Assembly (NCBI GenBank): GCA_047602425.1
Contig: JASGHG010000001.1
Coordinates: 2,368,001-2,432,000 of the forward strand
Reading direction: 5' to 3'
DNA: 64,000 nt
DNA from: Nibricoccus sp.
Lineage (GTDB): Bacteria > Verrucomicrobiota > Verrucomicrobiia > Opitutales > Opitutaceae
The position numbers and the translations under genes are program-made. The notes under the pieces were generated by a model. The model saw only the letters and a list, made by a program, of their open reading frames with translations, ran no database searches and was not told the origin of the DNA. How positions within the stretch are numbered: position 1 is the first letter of the stretch; each line of letters begins with the position of its first letter. Below, one piece after another: positions 9,887-19,978 of this stretch.

Positions 9887-11929
9887 TTATACCACAGGTT
9901 TCGATCGTTTGAGAATTCGTACTCCGAAACCGGGCAGGCTCTCGGCCCCTGCGCAGGTTTTTCCGGTGAGGAGATCGACACCGGTCCAACCGGCATAGTC
10001 GACTTTTGCTTCGGCTGGCTGATGGTTGATGACGAAGAGAAATTCATCCCGATCATTACCTCTTACGGAAAGTTCGACTCCGGCTTCAGCGTAAACCGGT
10101 GCTTCGAGCCTGCGCTCGGAAAATATTCGTGCAAACAATCGCTGCAGGGAATCGGGTTCGGGTTGCGTCCCAATATAGATTGCTTCGCCGCGGCCGAAGC
10201 GGTGCGTTGTGATCGCCGCGCGCCCCGCGGGGAAACCTTCCGTGTAGCGGGCCAAGGGCTGTGCGCCGAGGAGATGAATCGCTTCGCAAAATTTGGAGCA
10301 GCGGCCCTCCTTGGATTCGCCTTCATGGTCCAAGGTGTTGGTTTCACCGGGCAGAAGCGGTTGCCATTCTTCGACGACGAGGCCGAAGACGTCTTTCAGC
10401 GTCGCTGGATAACCGCCGAGCCAGATGTGGTCGCGCTGATCGGCCACGCCGCTAAAATACGACATGACCAACACGCCGCCTTTTTCGACGAAGCGCCTCA
10501 ACTGGTCCGACTGCGCTTGGGAGATTTGGTATAAAGCCGGCGCAATCACGACCGAATAACCGTCGAGCGGACCATCGGGATGAACGATATCTGCGGCGAC
10601 GTTAAGCTCCCATAACGGACGGTAGAAATCGCCGACGATGGCCGCGTAGTCGAACTGGGTTGGTTTCGATTCAAGCTCGATGGCCCAGCGATTTTCCCAG
10701 CTGACCATGTAGGCCACGCGCGCCGGTATTCGAGATCCCGATACACAACCAAGCTTTTTCAACTCGTTGCCCAGAGCACAAACTTCACGGTAGATGCGGC
10801 CACCGGTTCCATAGTGGGGAATCATTGCGCCGTGGAACTTTTCCGCGCCGGCTTTCGACGCGCGCCACTGAAAAAACATGATGCCATCGGCACCGCGGGC
10901 CATCGCCTGATAGCTGAGGGCTCGCATCTGGCTCGGAGCTTTGAGCTGGTTGACGGTGCGCCAATTCACCTGCGAGGTAACTTGCTCCATCAGGATGAAT
11001 GGTTGTCCACCGCGCAGGGAACGGAAAAGGTCGTGACCGAAGGCCGCGGTGCAAACGTCGCTCAGTCCGGTGGCGGGATCCGGATAGGAATCCCAAGCGG
11101 CGATGTCGACGTGTTTGTACCAAGAAAAGTAGTCGGTTTGTCGCCAGAAGCCGAGACCGTTGGTGGTGACCTTTGCATCCGGAGCGACTTCGCGCAGTGC
11201 CTCGATTTCGCCGGTGAGAATCGCGCGCAGCGAATCGTTCATGAAGCGCGTATAGTCGAGGACCTGGCCGGGATTGCGAAAGGTCATCATCTTTCTCGGT
11301 GGCTGGATTTCCTCCCAGTCGCCGTAGGCTTGGCTCCAGAAAGCGGTTCCCCACGAATCGTTGAGGGCCTCGAGGGTTTGGTAACGCTCTTTCAGCCACG
11401 TGCGAAAATCGGTCGCGCAGGTTTCGCAATAGCACGTGTGGCTATGGCAGCCGATTTCGTTGTTGAGATGCCACAAGGCCACAGCGGGATGGCTGGCGTA
11501 ACGTTCGCCGAGTTTTCGGCAGAGACGGGCGGAGGCTTGTCGGTAAGCGCGACTATTTGGGCAATAGTGCTGGCGTGAACCGATGTAGAACTGGACGCCG
11601 TTTTCGTCGACGGGGAGACTCTCGGGGTGCGCGCGGGAAAGCCAGGCGGGCGGCGAGGCTGTCGCGGTGGCGAGATTGATCGAGACGCCATTTTTCCAGA
11701 GCAGATCGATGACGCGATCAAGCCACGCGAACTCGTATTCTTCGGACCGCGGCTCAATCTTTGCCCAGGAAAAAATCGCGAGACTAACGAAGTTCACTCC
11801 TGCTTCGCGCATCAGGCGCACATCTTCCTGCCAGGTTTCCTCGGGCCACTGTTCTGGATTGTAGTCCCCGCCGTAGAGGATGCCGGAAGGGAGTTTTGGC
11901 GCGATCGATTTCAGAGGAGTCGCAGGCAT
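9887..11929 (-). CDS. Beta-galactosidase, GH42
   Basis: YGGDYNPEQW, WHLNNE, WGTAFWSQ, FILMEQ, FFQWR, EKFHGA. Confidence 0.93.
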   Translation of the reverse strand: MPATPLKSIAPKLPSGILYGGDYNPEQWPEETWQEDVRLMREAGVNFVSLAIFSWAKIEPRSEEYEFAWLDRVIDLLWKNGVSINLATATASPPAWLSRAHPESLPVDENGVQFYIGSRQHYCPNSRAYRQASARLCRKLGERYASHPAVALWHLNNEIGCHSHTCYCETCATDFRTWLKERYQTLEALNDSWGTAFWSQAYGDWEEIQPPRKMMTFRNPGQVLDYTRFMNDSLRAILTGEIEALREVAPDAKVTTNGLGFWRQTDYFSWYKHVDIAAWDSYPDPATGLSDVCTAAFGHDLFRSLRGGQPFILMEQVTSQVNWRTVNQLKAPSQMRALSYQAMARGADGIMFFQWRASKAGAEKFHGAMIPHYGTGGRIYREVCALGNELKKLGCVSGSRIPARVAYMVSWENRWAIELESKPTQFDYAAIVGDFYRPLWELNVAADIVHPDGPLDGYSVVIAPALYQISQAQSDQLRRFVEKGGVLVMSYFSGVADQRDHIWLGGYPATLKDVFGLVVEEWQPLLPGETNTLDHEGESKEGRCSKFCEAIHLLGAQPLARYTEGFPAGRAAITTHRFGRGEAIYIGTQPEPDSLQRLFARIFSERRLEAPVYAEAGVELSVRGNDRDEFLFVINHQPAEAKVDYAGWTGVDLLTGKTCAGAESLPGFGVRILKRSKPVV

Positions 11930-11953
11930 GGCGCGCGGACGGTGTGGACGGAT

Positions 11954-13117
11954 TTACCAATAAGGCTGCCAATCGCGTGTGATACGGACAAGCGCTTCGA
12001 AATAGAAATAATCGCCCCAGATGCAGCATTCGTCGACGCCGAGGCCATTGGACTTGGCGTAGACGGAATGCAGCAGCACGGCGTTGGACGCGGGCGAGTT
12101 TTTGCTGGTGTAGCTTTGCGAAAGAGACGCGATCATCGCGTGGGCGGCGTTTTCATAGCGGACCCGATCACGGTCATTTGGCGGTAGGTGTTTGATCAGT
12201 TCGAGCAGGCCACAGGCGATGATGGCTGCGGCCGAGGCGTCGCGCTCCTCGTTGCCAGAGGTGAAAACCAAGTCCCAGTAGCTGACGGCGTCCTCGGGCA
12301 AGCGCTCGAGAAAATAGTCGGCAAGGCGTTTGGCGTAGTCGACGAACGTAGTGTCTTGAGTGTAGAGATAGCTCAGCGAAAAACCGTAGACGCCCCAGGC
12401 TTGGCCGCGCGCCCAGCATGACGAGTCCGAGAACCCCTGACTGGTTTTACCGAATTTCGGTGAACCCGTCTCGGTGTCCATATAAAATGTATGGTAAGTC
12501 GAACTATCTGGCCGAACCAAATAGCGGGCGGACTGGAGGGCATGATTGCTGGCGGCAGTTTTGTATTTTCCGGCTCCGGTCATCTCGCTGGCCCAGTACA
12601 GCAGTGGCAGATTCATGCAACAGTCGATGATCATGCGGCCGCGTTCCTTGGGGTCGTTGAGGTTGCCCCAGGCCTGAATGATGCCAGCTTTCTCGAAATA
12701 TCGCGTCATCAGTAGATCGGCGGCGGCGAGCGCGGTTGTTTTGGCCTGTTCGCTCCGCGTCAGTTTGTATCCAGCCATGCACGACAAAATATAGAGGAAG
12801 CCGAGATCGTGCGTGTCGGTCTCGACGCGTTTTTCCAGGCGCTCGCGGAAGCTGGCGAGGTGGCGCTCAGCGACACGAAGATACTTTTCCTCCCGGGTTA
12901 CCTCGTACGCCAGCCAGACCATGCCCGTCCAGAAACTGGTGGTCCAGTAGTTGTTCGGTATTGGTGCGTAGACGTTGTCTTTGCCGACAGGCGAGGGAAA
13001 CTGGTCCGTGAAAAGCGGCAGATTCGCGTCGATTTTCGCGAGGACAAATCGGATGTTTTCTTCGGCGGTGGCGCGATCGATCAGGCGGCGCGCTTCGAAA
13101 CGGCTGGCGGAAGACAT
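11954..13117 (-). CDS. Unsaturated glucuronyl hydrolase, GH88
   Basis: WTTSFWTG, HDLGFLY, IIDCCMNL, WARGQAW, DASAAAI, WGDYFYFEAL. Confidence 0.9.
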   Translation of the reverse strand: MSSASRFEARRLIDRATAEENIRFVLAKIDANLPLFTDQFPSPVGKDNVYAPIPNNYWTTSFWTGMVWLAYEVTREEKYLRVAERHLASFRERLEKRVETDTHDLGFLYILSCMAGYKLTRSEQAKTTALAAADLLMTRYFEKAGIIQAWGNLNDPKERGRMIIDCCMNLPLLYWASEMTGAGKYKTAASNHALQSARYLVRPDSSTYHTFYMDTETGSPKFGKTSQGFSDSSCWARGQAWGVYGFSLSYLYTQDTTFVDYAKRLADYFLERLPEDAVSYWDLVFTSGNEERDASAAAIIACGLLELIKHLPPNDRDRVRYENAAHAMIASLSQSYTSKNSPASNAVLLHSVYAKSNGLGVDECCIWGDYFYFEALVRITRDWQPYW

Positions 13118-13183
13118 GATTGAAAAGTTTTCTGAAAAATGAAGGAAGGTTCCCGCTGGATGATCACTGGTTCAGTAAGACAG

Positions 13184-14608
13184 TTAGGCAACAGCACCTG
13201 CCGGCACCTGGCTTTGCGCGCGCCGTCGCTGGAGCTCAGCCTTGATTTCGTAGGACTCGCGCTCGCCGAGGTCGTATTGGCGGATAAAATACAAGGCGAG
13301 AATCGCCCCAGTCGTGGGCGCGAGGAAGTAACTGAACTTCATCAGTGCCAGCGTGTGGCTGGTTTGCGCGCCGAGTTTTGCGTCGAAACCGATCCACACG
13401 AGGACGAAACCGGCGAGGAGAGAGCCGAGCGAGTTGCCGGCTTTTTCGAACCACGACAGCAGCGACGCAAAAAGCGCTTCGCGCCGCAGGCCGGTCCTGA
13501 GTTCATCCTGATCCGCGATGTCGCCGAGCATGGCGTTGGGCATCAGCGATAGGCCGGCGCTGGCGGCGCCATTGGCCGAAAGCACGATGAACTGCCACCA
13601 CGGGTGGCCCGGATGATAGACGAGGAGTTTCGCCGCGCAGCCGCACATCAGGATGCCTGCGGCGATTTGGAACGTACGTTTCTTGCCGACGCGGCGCGCG
13701 ATCACCGGATAAATGAACAACGACATGACAAGTGCCGCCACGTGGAAAGCCGAGCCGAGAAAACCGTACGCGATCGACGAGGCTTTCAGATCGCCGCCGA
13801 ACACGTAGTAAGTGTTCATGTAGATGCCGAGCATACCCACGACGTTGTAGCCAAAGCTCGCGAGGAAACGCGCCGACAGCATCGCGAGGAACGAGCGGTT
13901 GCCCCGCACGGCTTTCAGGTTTTTTAGCAACGAAGTGGACTCCTGTTTACCTGCGATGCGTTGATAGTGCCGTTCCCGGCAGAGCAGAACGGGCATCAGG
14001 CCAAACGCCAGGAAAAGCAGTGCGCAACCGATCGAAATCCAGCGCAGTCCCTGTATCCCATCGCTGAATACAGACAGCTGCGTCAACGGGAACAGCCACT
14101 GGCTTGTGATTTGAAAAGCGAAGCCGAAAGCCAGCGTGATTGAGGCGAGGCGCGTGCGTTCATGGTAGTCGTCGGTGGCCTCGACGGTGAGCCCGCCGAG
14201 CGGCATGGAGAACAGCGAGTGTGCAGTATAGAAAACCAGCGAAACCAGCAGCAGATGCCAGAAGAGCCACGTCTGGCTGGCGCCGCGCGGAAACCACCAA
14301 ATAGCAGCAAACAAAACCGCCAGCGGCAGGCAGGCGGTTAGCAGGAGGGGAATGCGCCGGCCCCAGCGCGAGCGGAAGTTGTCGGAGAAATTTCCCCATA
14401 CCGGATCGAGCATGGCATCCCAGATGCGCTGGATGAACACGACCGTGCTGATGAGCGCGGGGTTGAGCCCGAGCGTCATGTTGTAGATCGGGTTCACCAG
14501 TACGTGCAACGTGCCATGCGTGCCGTCGGCCACGACTTTGCCCAGACCGAGGCCAATGCGTTCGCGCCAGGAAACGCGATCGACGGTATTGATTGGTTCG
14601 GGATTCAT
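13184..14608 (-). CDS. MFS/GPH family sugar transporter
   Basis: RIWDAMLDP..SDNFRSRWGRR motif and many hydrophobic helices. Confidence 0.88.
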   Translation of the reverse strand: MNPEPINTVDRVSWRERIGLGLGKVVADGTHGTLHVLVNPIYNMTLGLNPALISTVVFIQRIWDAMLDPVWGNFSDNFRSRWGRRIPLLLTACLPLAVLFAAIWWFPRGASQTWLFWHLLLVSLVFYTAHSLFSMPLGGLTVEATDDYHERTRLASITLAFGFAFQITSQWLFPLTQLSVFSDGIQGLRWISIGCALLFLAFGLMPVLLCRERHYQRIAGKQESTSLLKNLKAVRGNRSFLAMLSARFLASFGYNVVGMLGIYMNTYYVFGGDLKASSIAYGFLGSAFHVAALVMSLFIYPVIARRVGKKRTFQIAAGILMCGCAAKLLVYHPGHPWWQFIVLSANGAASAGLSLMPNAMLGDIADQDELRTGLRREALFASLLSWFEKAGNSLGSLLAGFVLVWIGFDAKLGAQTSHTLALMKFSYFLAPTTGAILALYFIRQYDLGERESYEIKAELQRRRAQSQVPAGAVA

Positions 14609-14691
14609 GGGAGACGGTGATTCCGGCTGCACAGGGCGGGCGCATCACGACCCGCCCCGTGCTGACCAGACCACACACACAGATTTTCAGC

Positions 14692-17007
14692 TCAGAAACT
14701 ATAGGTGACTTTTAGCCGCAGGTTGATTGGCGCGCCCACCCAGAGATTGGTACGGCCAGTCGACGATTGGATATATTCTTTATTGAGCAGGTTATCGATA
14801 TTCAGCTGGGCCTTCCAGTTCTGGTTATATTGGTAGGAGACATTCGCATTCACGAGCGTACGTGCGGGCAGCCAGAATGACGGCTGCTGGCGAATGATGT
14901 GGTCCGGTGTACTGGCGGAGGTCGCGCCACCCGTGTTGTCGCCGGCGCGTTTGCTCAAATAGTCCAGACCAAGGCCGGCGGAAAGGCCCTGAAGGGTCGA
15001 ACCTTTAGCAAAGGAATAATTTATCCAGAGGGCGCCTGCTTTTTCCGCGGTGCCGCGGAAGGGCATGTTGTTGGCGTCGCGATTCGTCATCGAGGTGCCG
15101 CTGCCGACGATGGAAAATTCCTTCGTGACAGCATATCTGACTTCCAACTCGGCGCCGCGCGCCACGCGGTCGAAGAACAGCGGCGGAGCCGGTGGCACGG
15201 GCGAGGGCACGGCGCTGTTTAGAGGATTCGGAATTGAGAAATTATTCTGGTGAATATCGAAGACACTCAATGTCGCGTAGAGCGTATTGTTGAATTGTTG
15301 CGTACGAACGCCGACTTCGTGTTGCACGCTGGATTGAAGGTTGAAGGAATTGCTATTGCTGACCACTCCCGTCGAGCTCGTATAGACGAGGTTGGGGTTG
15401 ATGGCTGTGGCCTGTTTGGCGAAGCCGTAATAGAGGGAGACGTTTTTGTTGAGCTTCACCACTGCGCCGGCGGACGGGAGCCAGACTTTCGGCTTCACAT
15501 TGAGGCGAGCTCCATACGGCATGGAAGTGGGTGTGGCCGGAGGCAGTAGATTCAGATTTTCGGAATAGTAATAATTGCGGGAGATGCCGCCGCTTACGAT
15601 CAAACGATCGTCGAAGAACCCGAATTGCTGCGACAGGTAGAACTGTAGGTTGCGATAGTGCCGCGTGTTTTCTCCGGTGTAATTAGTTAGGGTATATGGC
15701 TCACGAACGGCTAACGGCAGCGTTGTCGGTGTGGTGGCGAAGGTGTAATTTTGAACTTTCTCGTTGAGGGTGGCGGCATAGTTGATTGCGAGGCCGCCGA
15801 TGACGGTCCATTTGACCGGAGTATTTTTCAATTCGTATAGGTAGTCGTTGTTTAGGTCGAAATACTGGCGATGCTGGTCATTGACATTGCCTCCCAAGGT
15901 AAAGGTCGGATTCGGCCTGGCTACACCGTTCCAAACAAACAAACCAGTCGAAGGATCCAAGATGGTCACTTGCTGAGTCCCGGTGGTCGTATTGGATCCC
16001 ACGGAGCCGATGTTGGTCTGCTTGGACTCGGCGTGCGAATTGATCGCATTCAATACGAGCCGCATCGAGAAATTGTCGCTGAAACTCGTCGTGAAGAATG
16101 TGCGTGCGTGTATAGCCGACTGGTCGCGTGTGATATCTTTAGATTGAACAATGTAGTCGAGAGGCACGCTTGGGACGACGCGGGGGGCGTCATTGGTGCC
16201 AACTTCGAGCGCGAGGGGAAGACCGTTGAAATTGAGCGCCGTCCACTTGTAAGCCTCGATCTGCATGGTGAGCTCAGTCCTCGGACCGAATCGGTACGTG
16301 AACATCGGCATCGCAATATAGGATTTGTGAAAATTATAGTCGCCGTAGTCATCGGCGTTCTGCGCTGCGGCTACGACGCGAACAGCGAGTTTGCCGGCGA
16401 TGGCAACACGGTTAACGTCGAGCTCCGCACGATTGGCTGAGTAACGGCCGACTTGATAGGAGATCGATCCTTGATCCTTAAACACCGGCTTCTTCGTGAT
16501 GTTGTTCACGGTGCCGCCAGGAACGCCTTGAGGCGCGATAATGGCATTTGGCCCTTTCACGACTTCGACGCGTTCAATCAACACCGGATCGAGATTGGCG
16601 AAAGAAAAATAGCTGAAACCATCCACCGTGGCGCCGTCGTTTTGGAAACCGCGGATGGTGGTGCGATCTTGGGCATTTGGAATTGTCGATTCAGTGATGC
16701 CTGAAACGTATTTGGCGGCATCAACCACACGACCCGCACCAATATCAGCGATAAGGTCGCCCGTGATAACGGATATACTTTGGCTCGAGTCCATCAGCGG
16801 AATACGCATACGCGTTCCAGAGACTGCGTCGGCCGCTTGATAGCGACCCGTGGCAAAATCTGAAACGGTGAACGGAGAGAGTAGAATCACATCATCACCG
16901 GCGGGGGCAGCCGGTTTGGTTTGGGTCGTGGTTTGAGCGAACAACGCTGCGGGACAAAATGCGCCGAGCGCGAGGAACAGGTACGGCAATGCTTTGGTTG
17001 GGGACAT
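14692..17007 (-). CDS. TonB-dependent receptor
   Basis: Signal peptide, LSPFTV, plug IERVEVVKGP, C-terminal NIDNLLN..YSF. Confidence 0.9.
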   Translation of the reverse strand: MSPTKALPYLFLALGAFCPAALFAQTTTQTKPAAPAGDDVILLSPFTVSDFATGRYQAADAVSGTRMRIPLMDSSQSISVITGDLIADIGAGRVVDAAKYVSGITESTIPNAQDRTTIRGFQNDGATVDGFSYFSFANLDPVLIERVEVVKGPNAIIAPQGVPGGTVNNITKKPVFKDQGSISYQVGRYSANRAELDVNRVAIAGKLAVRVVAAAQNADDYGDYNFHKSYIAMPMFTYRFGPRTELTMQIEAYKWTALNFNGLPLALEVGTNDAPRVVPSVPLDYIVQSKDITRDQSAIHARTFFTTSFSDNFSMRLVLNAINSHAESKQTNIGSVGSNTTTGTQQVTILDPSTGLFVWNGVARPNPTFTLGGNVNDQHRQYFDLNNDYLYELKNTPVKWTVIGGLAINYAATLNEKVQNYTFATTPTTLPLAVREPYTLTNYTGENTRHYRNLQFYLSQQFGFFDDRLIVSGGISRNYYYSENLNLLPPATPTSMPYGARLNVKPKVWLPSAGAVVKLNKNVSLYYGFAKQATAINPNLVYTSSTGVVSNSNSFNLQSSVQHEVGVRTQQFNNTLYATLSVFDIHQNNFSIPNPLNSAVPSPVPPAPPLFFDRVARGAELEVRYAVTKEFSIVGSGTSMTNRDANNMPFRGTAEKAGALWINYSFAKGSTLQGLSAGLGLDYLSKRAGDNTGGATSASTPDHIIRQQPSFWLPARTLVNANVSYQYNQNWKAQLNIDNLLNKEYIQSSTGRTNLWVGAPINLRLKVTYSF

Positions 17008-17176
17008 GGTGAGTGCGTGCAAGTATTGTGAGGTGTAGGGGAAACACTCGGGAGGGGGAAATTTCCGAGCGGCGGGGAGTGGAACGTTTGCGCGGTCCTA
17101 AGTGGCAGGATTAAACGGGGGTCTCGAGATGGCGGGAACGTCGCGACAGTTTTTCGTAAACACAAACGCGCTGTAG

Positions 17177-17189
17177 CTGTAACGTACAG
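17177..17189. promoter_or_regulatory. Possible LacI-family operator
   Basis: Near-palindrome CTGTAACGTACAG between the divergent TonB receptor and LacI genes. Confidence 0.35.
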
Positions 17190-17224
17190 TTGCAAATCAT
17201 ATCCGAATAGCCAAACGTCCTAAC

Positions 17225-18238
17225 GTGAGCACCCCCTCCAGCTCTTCAGGTAAAGGCCGAGTCACGCTGCGCACCATCGCGGCTGCGAGCAAGGTGAGCG
17301 TGATGACTGTTTCCTACGCATTGCGAAATAATCCCGAGGTCTCCGCCGAGGAGCGTTCTCGCATTCAGCGCATCGCGGACGAACTCGGCTATCGACCCGA
17401 TCCATTGCTTACGCATTTGATGGAGCATTTGCGTTCGCAGCGCACGTTGAAGTTTGCGGGCAACCTCGCCGTGCTCACCAGCCTCAATGCACCTTTCGTC
17501 ACCCGGCTCCTCACTGGCGCACATGCGCGCGCCGAGCGGCTAGGGTATCATCTGGACGAGATTAATGTCCGGGAACATGCCCAGTCGGAACGAGTGCTGA
17601 CGCGAACGCTGATTGCCCGCGGCATTTCAGGAGTACTGCTCGCACCGACAGAAAAACCGACCACGTATTTAAAACTACTCGATTGGAACAAATTTGCCGC
17701 GGTTGCGATGACTTACTCGATTGTGGAGCCGCACGTACATCGCGTGGTCACGCATCACTTCGACAATGCGGTTCGCACTTTCACTCTGCTCGAACAACGC
17801 GGCTTCAAACGTATCGGACTCGCGATGACCCGTGACATGGAATTCAGGACCAATCATTCCTACACCGGCGCGTATCACCGGATGATCGGCACCAGTTCCT
17901 GTGCCAACCTACCCATCCTTTATCTGAACGAAACAACGCAGTACGGCATGCGGCAGTGGTTTCAAAAGAACCGTCCTCAAGCCGTGGTGGTGGCGAATGC
18001 ATTTCAGATGAAAAGCATTTTGCTGCCGGCAATCGGCGTGAAACAGGCGGCGCGCACCAGTTTTTTATGTCTCGATTATGAGGAGGCTGCGGGCGTTTCG
18101 GGAATCGACCAACTCTTTGAGATCATTGGCAGCTCCGCAGTCGACGCGTTGGTGGCCCAGATTCACCGCAACGAAAAAGGCCTGCCGAAAAATCCCACTA
18201 TCGCGATGGTGGAAGGGCAGTGGGTGGATGTGGATTGA
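17225..18238 (+). CDS. LacI family transcriptional regulator
   Basis: VTLRTIAAASKVSVMTVSYALRN HTH, LGYRPDP hinge, ligand-binding domain. Confidence 0.9.
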   Translation: MSTPSSSSGKGRVTLRTIAAASKVSVMTVSYALRNNPEVSAEERSRIQRIADELGYRPDPLLTHLMEHLRSQRTLKFAGNLAVLTSLNAPFVTRLLTGAHARAERLGYHLDEINVREHAQSERVLTRTLIARGISGVLLAPTEKPTTYLKLLDWNKFAAVAMTYSIVEPHVHRVVTHHFDNAVRTFTLLEQRGFKRIGLAMTRDMEFRTNHSYTGAYHRMIGTSSCANLPILYLNETTQYGMRQWFQKNRPQAVVVANAFQMKSILLPAIGVKQAARTSFLCLDYEEAAGVSGIDQLFEIIGSSAVDALVAQIHRNEKGLPKNPTIAMVEGQWVDVD

Positions 18239-18242
18239 TGGA

Positions 18243-18551
18243 TGGTGGGCCCACTGGGATTCGAACCCAGAACCAAAGGATTATGCTTACCACTTCGACT
18301 TTTGCCGCCGGATTTTTATTCGGAAATCCGTGCGTGGTCTGGACCATGCCTTCGCCGTGACATTGCTGTTTTAGGCGGGTGATTATGGTCTCTACACCTT
18401 CACGTATTCGAGAAACGACTACGTGCTTGGCTCGGCGTTGGGTCGTCCTTGCGGACAGGCCGTTCACCGAATTTACACCTGACAACCGGCGCGTTTCCAC
18501 GCCGGCGACCCGAATCTGAGTCCTCTGCTCTAACCGTTGAGCTATAGGCCC
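18243..18551 (-). tRNA. tRNA-Ile2(CAU), intron-containing (exons 18551-18519 and 18285-18243)
   Basis: Joined exons give GGGCCTATAGCTCAACGGTTAGAGCAGAGGACT-CAT-AATCCTTTGGTTCTGGGTTCGAATCCCAGTGGGCCCACCA; ileX-like body. Confidence 0.88.
18286..18518 (-). ncRNA. Group I self-splicing intron (233 nt) at tRNA position 33/34
   Basis: 5' exon ends in U pairing with G in P1 (GACU/GGUC); terminal G; P AAATTCGGTGAA, Q AACGCCGAGC, R GTAGAGACCATAA, S AAGGCATGGTCC. Confidence 0.88.
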
Positions 18552-18702
18552 ACAAAAATCCAAAGAACGAACAGATCGTGGAGAGCGATTTGTTTCACCT
18601 CAACAGCAATTCCCAAAAATTATATGGAAGTGGAAATCCTTCGTGAAATCAGCTCGGCGATAGCCAGGGGACATTTTTCACAAAAAACTTCTCCAGTAGT
18701 CG

Positions 18703-19614
18703 TCACTTTAGCTGTAGAACTCTGCGTAGTTCTGCGACCAGATGAGCGGCACCAGGACGAATCGCGACAAGGCGCGGATTCCAAACGAGCACGATGGGAC
18801 GTTTCAACTGCTCGAGGATCTTGGACTCGATCACGACGTAGTCCACGGGCGCGAGGTCGGTCAATGCTAGCTTTGGCAAGATGGCGGCAAAGTGGCCCGA
18901 GCGAACTGCACTCAGTGCGTGAGGGAACGATTGGCAAGCGATGGTGGGAGCGAAAGCCGCGCCGCATTCCTCAGTTAGTGCACGAAGTTTTTGTGCGAAT
19001 TGGCCGTCGGTTGTTTGGGCGACGAGCGGGACTTTGGCTAGAACCTCTTCCAGCGTGAGCTGTTGAACTCGTGATACGAGTTTGCGGGGAACGACAGCCA
19101 CAAATGGAACATCTCCCAATGGTGCCGACTTGAGGCCTTCGCCAACCGCGTCGCGGCGGATCAGGCCGAAGTCGATGCGGCCATCGTTCAGTTGCTGGAC
19201 GATTTCGTTCGTGCGGTGATTGTAGGTAGAGAATCGCATCGGCGTTTTTCCGTGTGAAACTTGGCCGAGCCGTGGGAGCACTAACCATTGAAGCAGGTTG
19301 TCGCCGGCTGCTATACTGTACTCGACGCAGCCCGCATGGCATTCCGAGCGGAAATCCTGTAGCGATCGTAGTTGGTTGCGGGCGAGTTCTGCCAGGCGTG
19401 CGCCTTGAACGGTGAGTTTGAGGATTTTTCCCTGCCGCTTAGTGACTTCGACGCCAAAGAATTCAGAGAGCTCGCGCAATTGACGGCTATATTGGCTCTG
19501 GCGAATGGGATCGCCAGGAGCTGCTTGGGCAATGCTGCCTGCGTCCTGAACTTCAACCAAGACCTTGAGTCGGTCGAGGGATAGACCGCGTTCTGCGAAG
19601 AGAGTGTCAAACAT
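18703..19614 (-). CDS. LysR family transcriptional regulator (copy 1)
   Basis: GSIAQAA..QSQYSRQLRELSEFFG HTH, LTVQG, IDFGL; divergent from the array. Confidence 0.88.
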   Translation of the reverse strand: MFDTLFAERGLSLDRLKVLVEVQDAGSIAQAAPGDPIRQSQYSRQLRELSEFFGVEVTKRQGKILKLTVQGARLAELARNQLRSLQDFRSECHAGCVEYSIAAGDNLLQWLVLPRLGQVSHGKTPMRFSTYNHRTNEIVQQLNDGRIDFGLIRRDAVGEGLKSAPLGDVPFVAVVPRKLVSRVQQLTLEEVLAKVPLVAQTTDGQFAQKLRALTEECGAAFAPTIACQSFPHALSAVRSGHFAAILPKLALTDLAPVDYVVIESKILEQLKRPIVLVWNPRLVAIRPGAAHLVAELRRVLQLK

Positions 19615-19797
19615 GACTACTAAGTCAGGTATCCTGAGTAATCATGTATGGCAAGACTTCTCACGATCGGGTAAAGTCTGCCCCGTCAACTGAGCCGGGA
19701 TTTAAAAATCACGAGAAATATTTTAAACACCTCTTGATTTTTGAAACCCCGGATCCGTTGTAACTCTTCGAACACTCATTCGTCTCAACCTTCTGCC

Positions 19798-19953
19798 ATG
19801 AATTCCACACGACAAATAAAATCAACGACCCTCCGGTTAGCGGAGAGGCATTGGTCGTGCGGCAAACAGACTGCCAAGATGACCATGCGTCGAGGTTTGG
19901 AAAGTTTCCGACCCGACTATGCGAATATTAACCAAGGAAGTGGTGTAACCTGA
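19798..19953 (+). CDS. Putative attenuator leader peptide (51 aa, all 20 amino acids)
   Basis: ORF conserved in both copies, ends 25 nt before a terminator hairpin; last codons contain GGAAGTGG, complementary to the terminator 5' arm. Confidence 0.65.
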   Translation: MNSTRQIKSTTLRLAERHWSCGKQTAKMTMRRGLESFRPDYANINQGSGVT

Positions 19954-19978
19954 GCAACGACTTTACGTAGACTCAAGG

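Noticed and set aside
19734..19770. Sigma-70 promoter for the leader
   Set aside because: TTGAAA/TTGATT are present but there is no convincing -10 at proper spacing.
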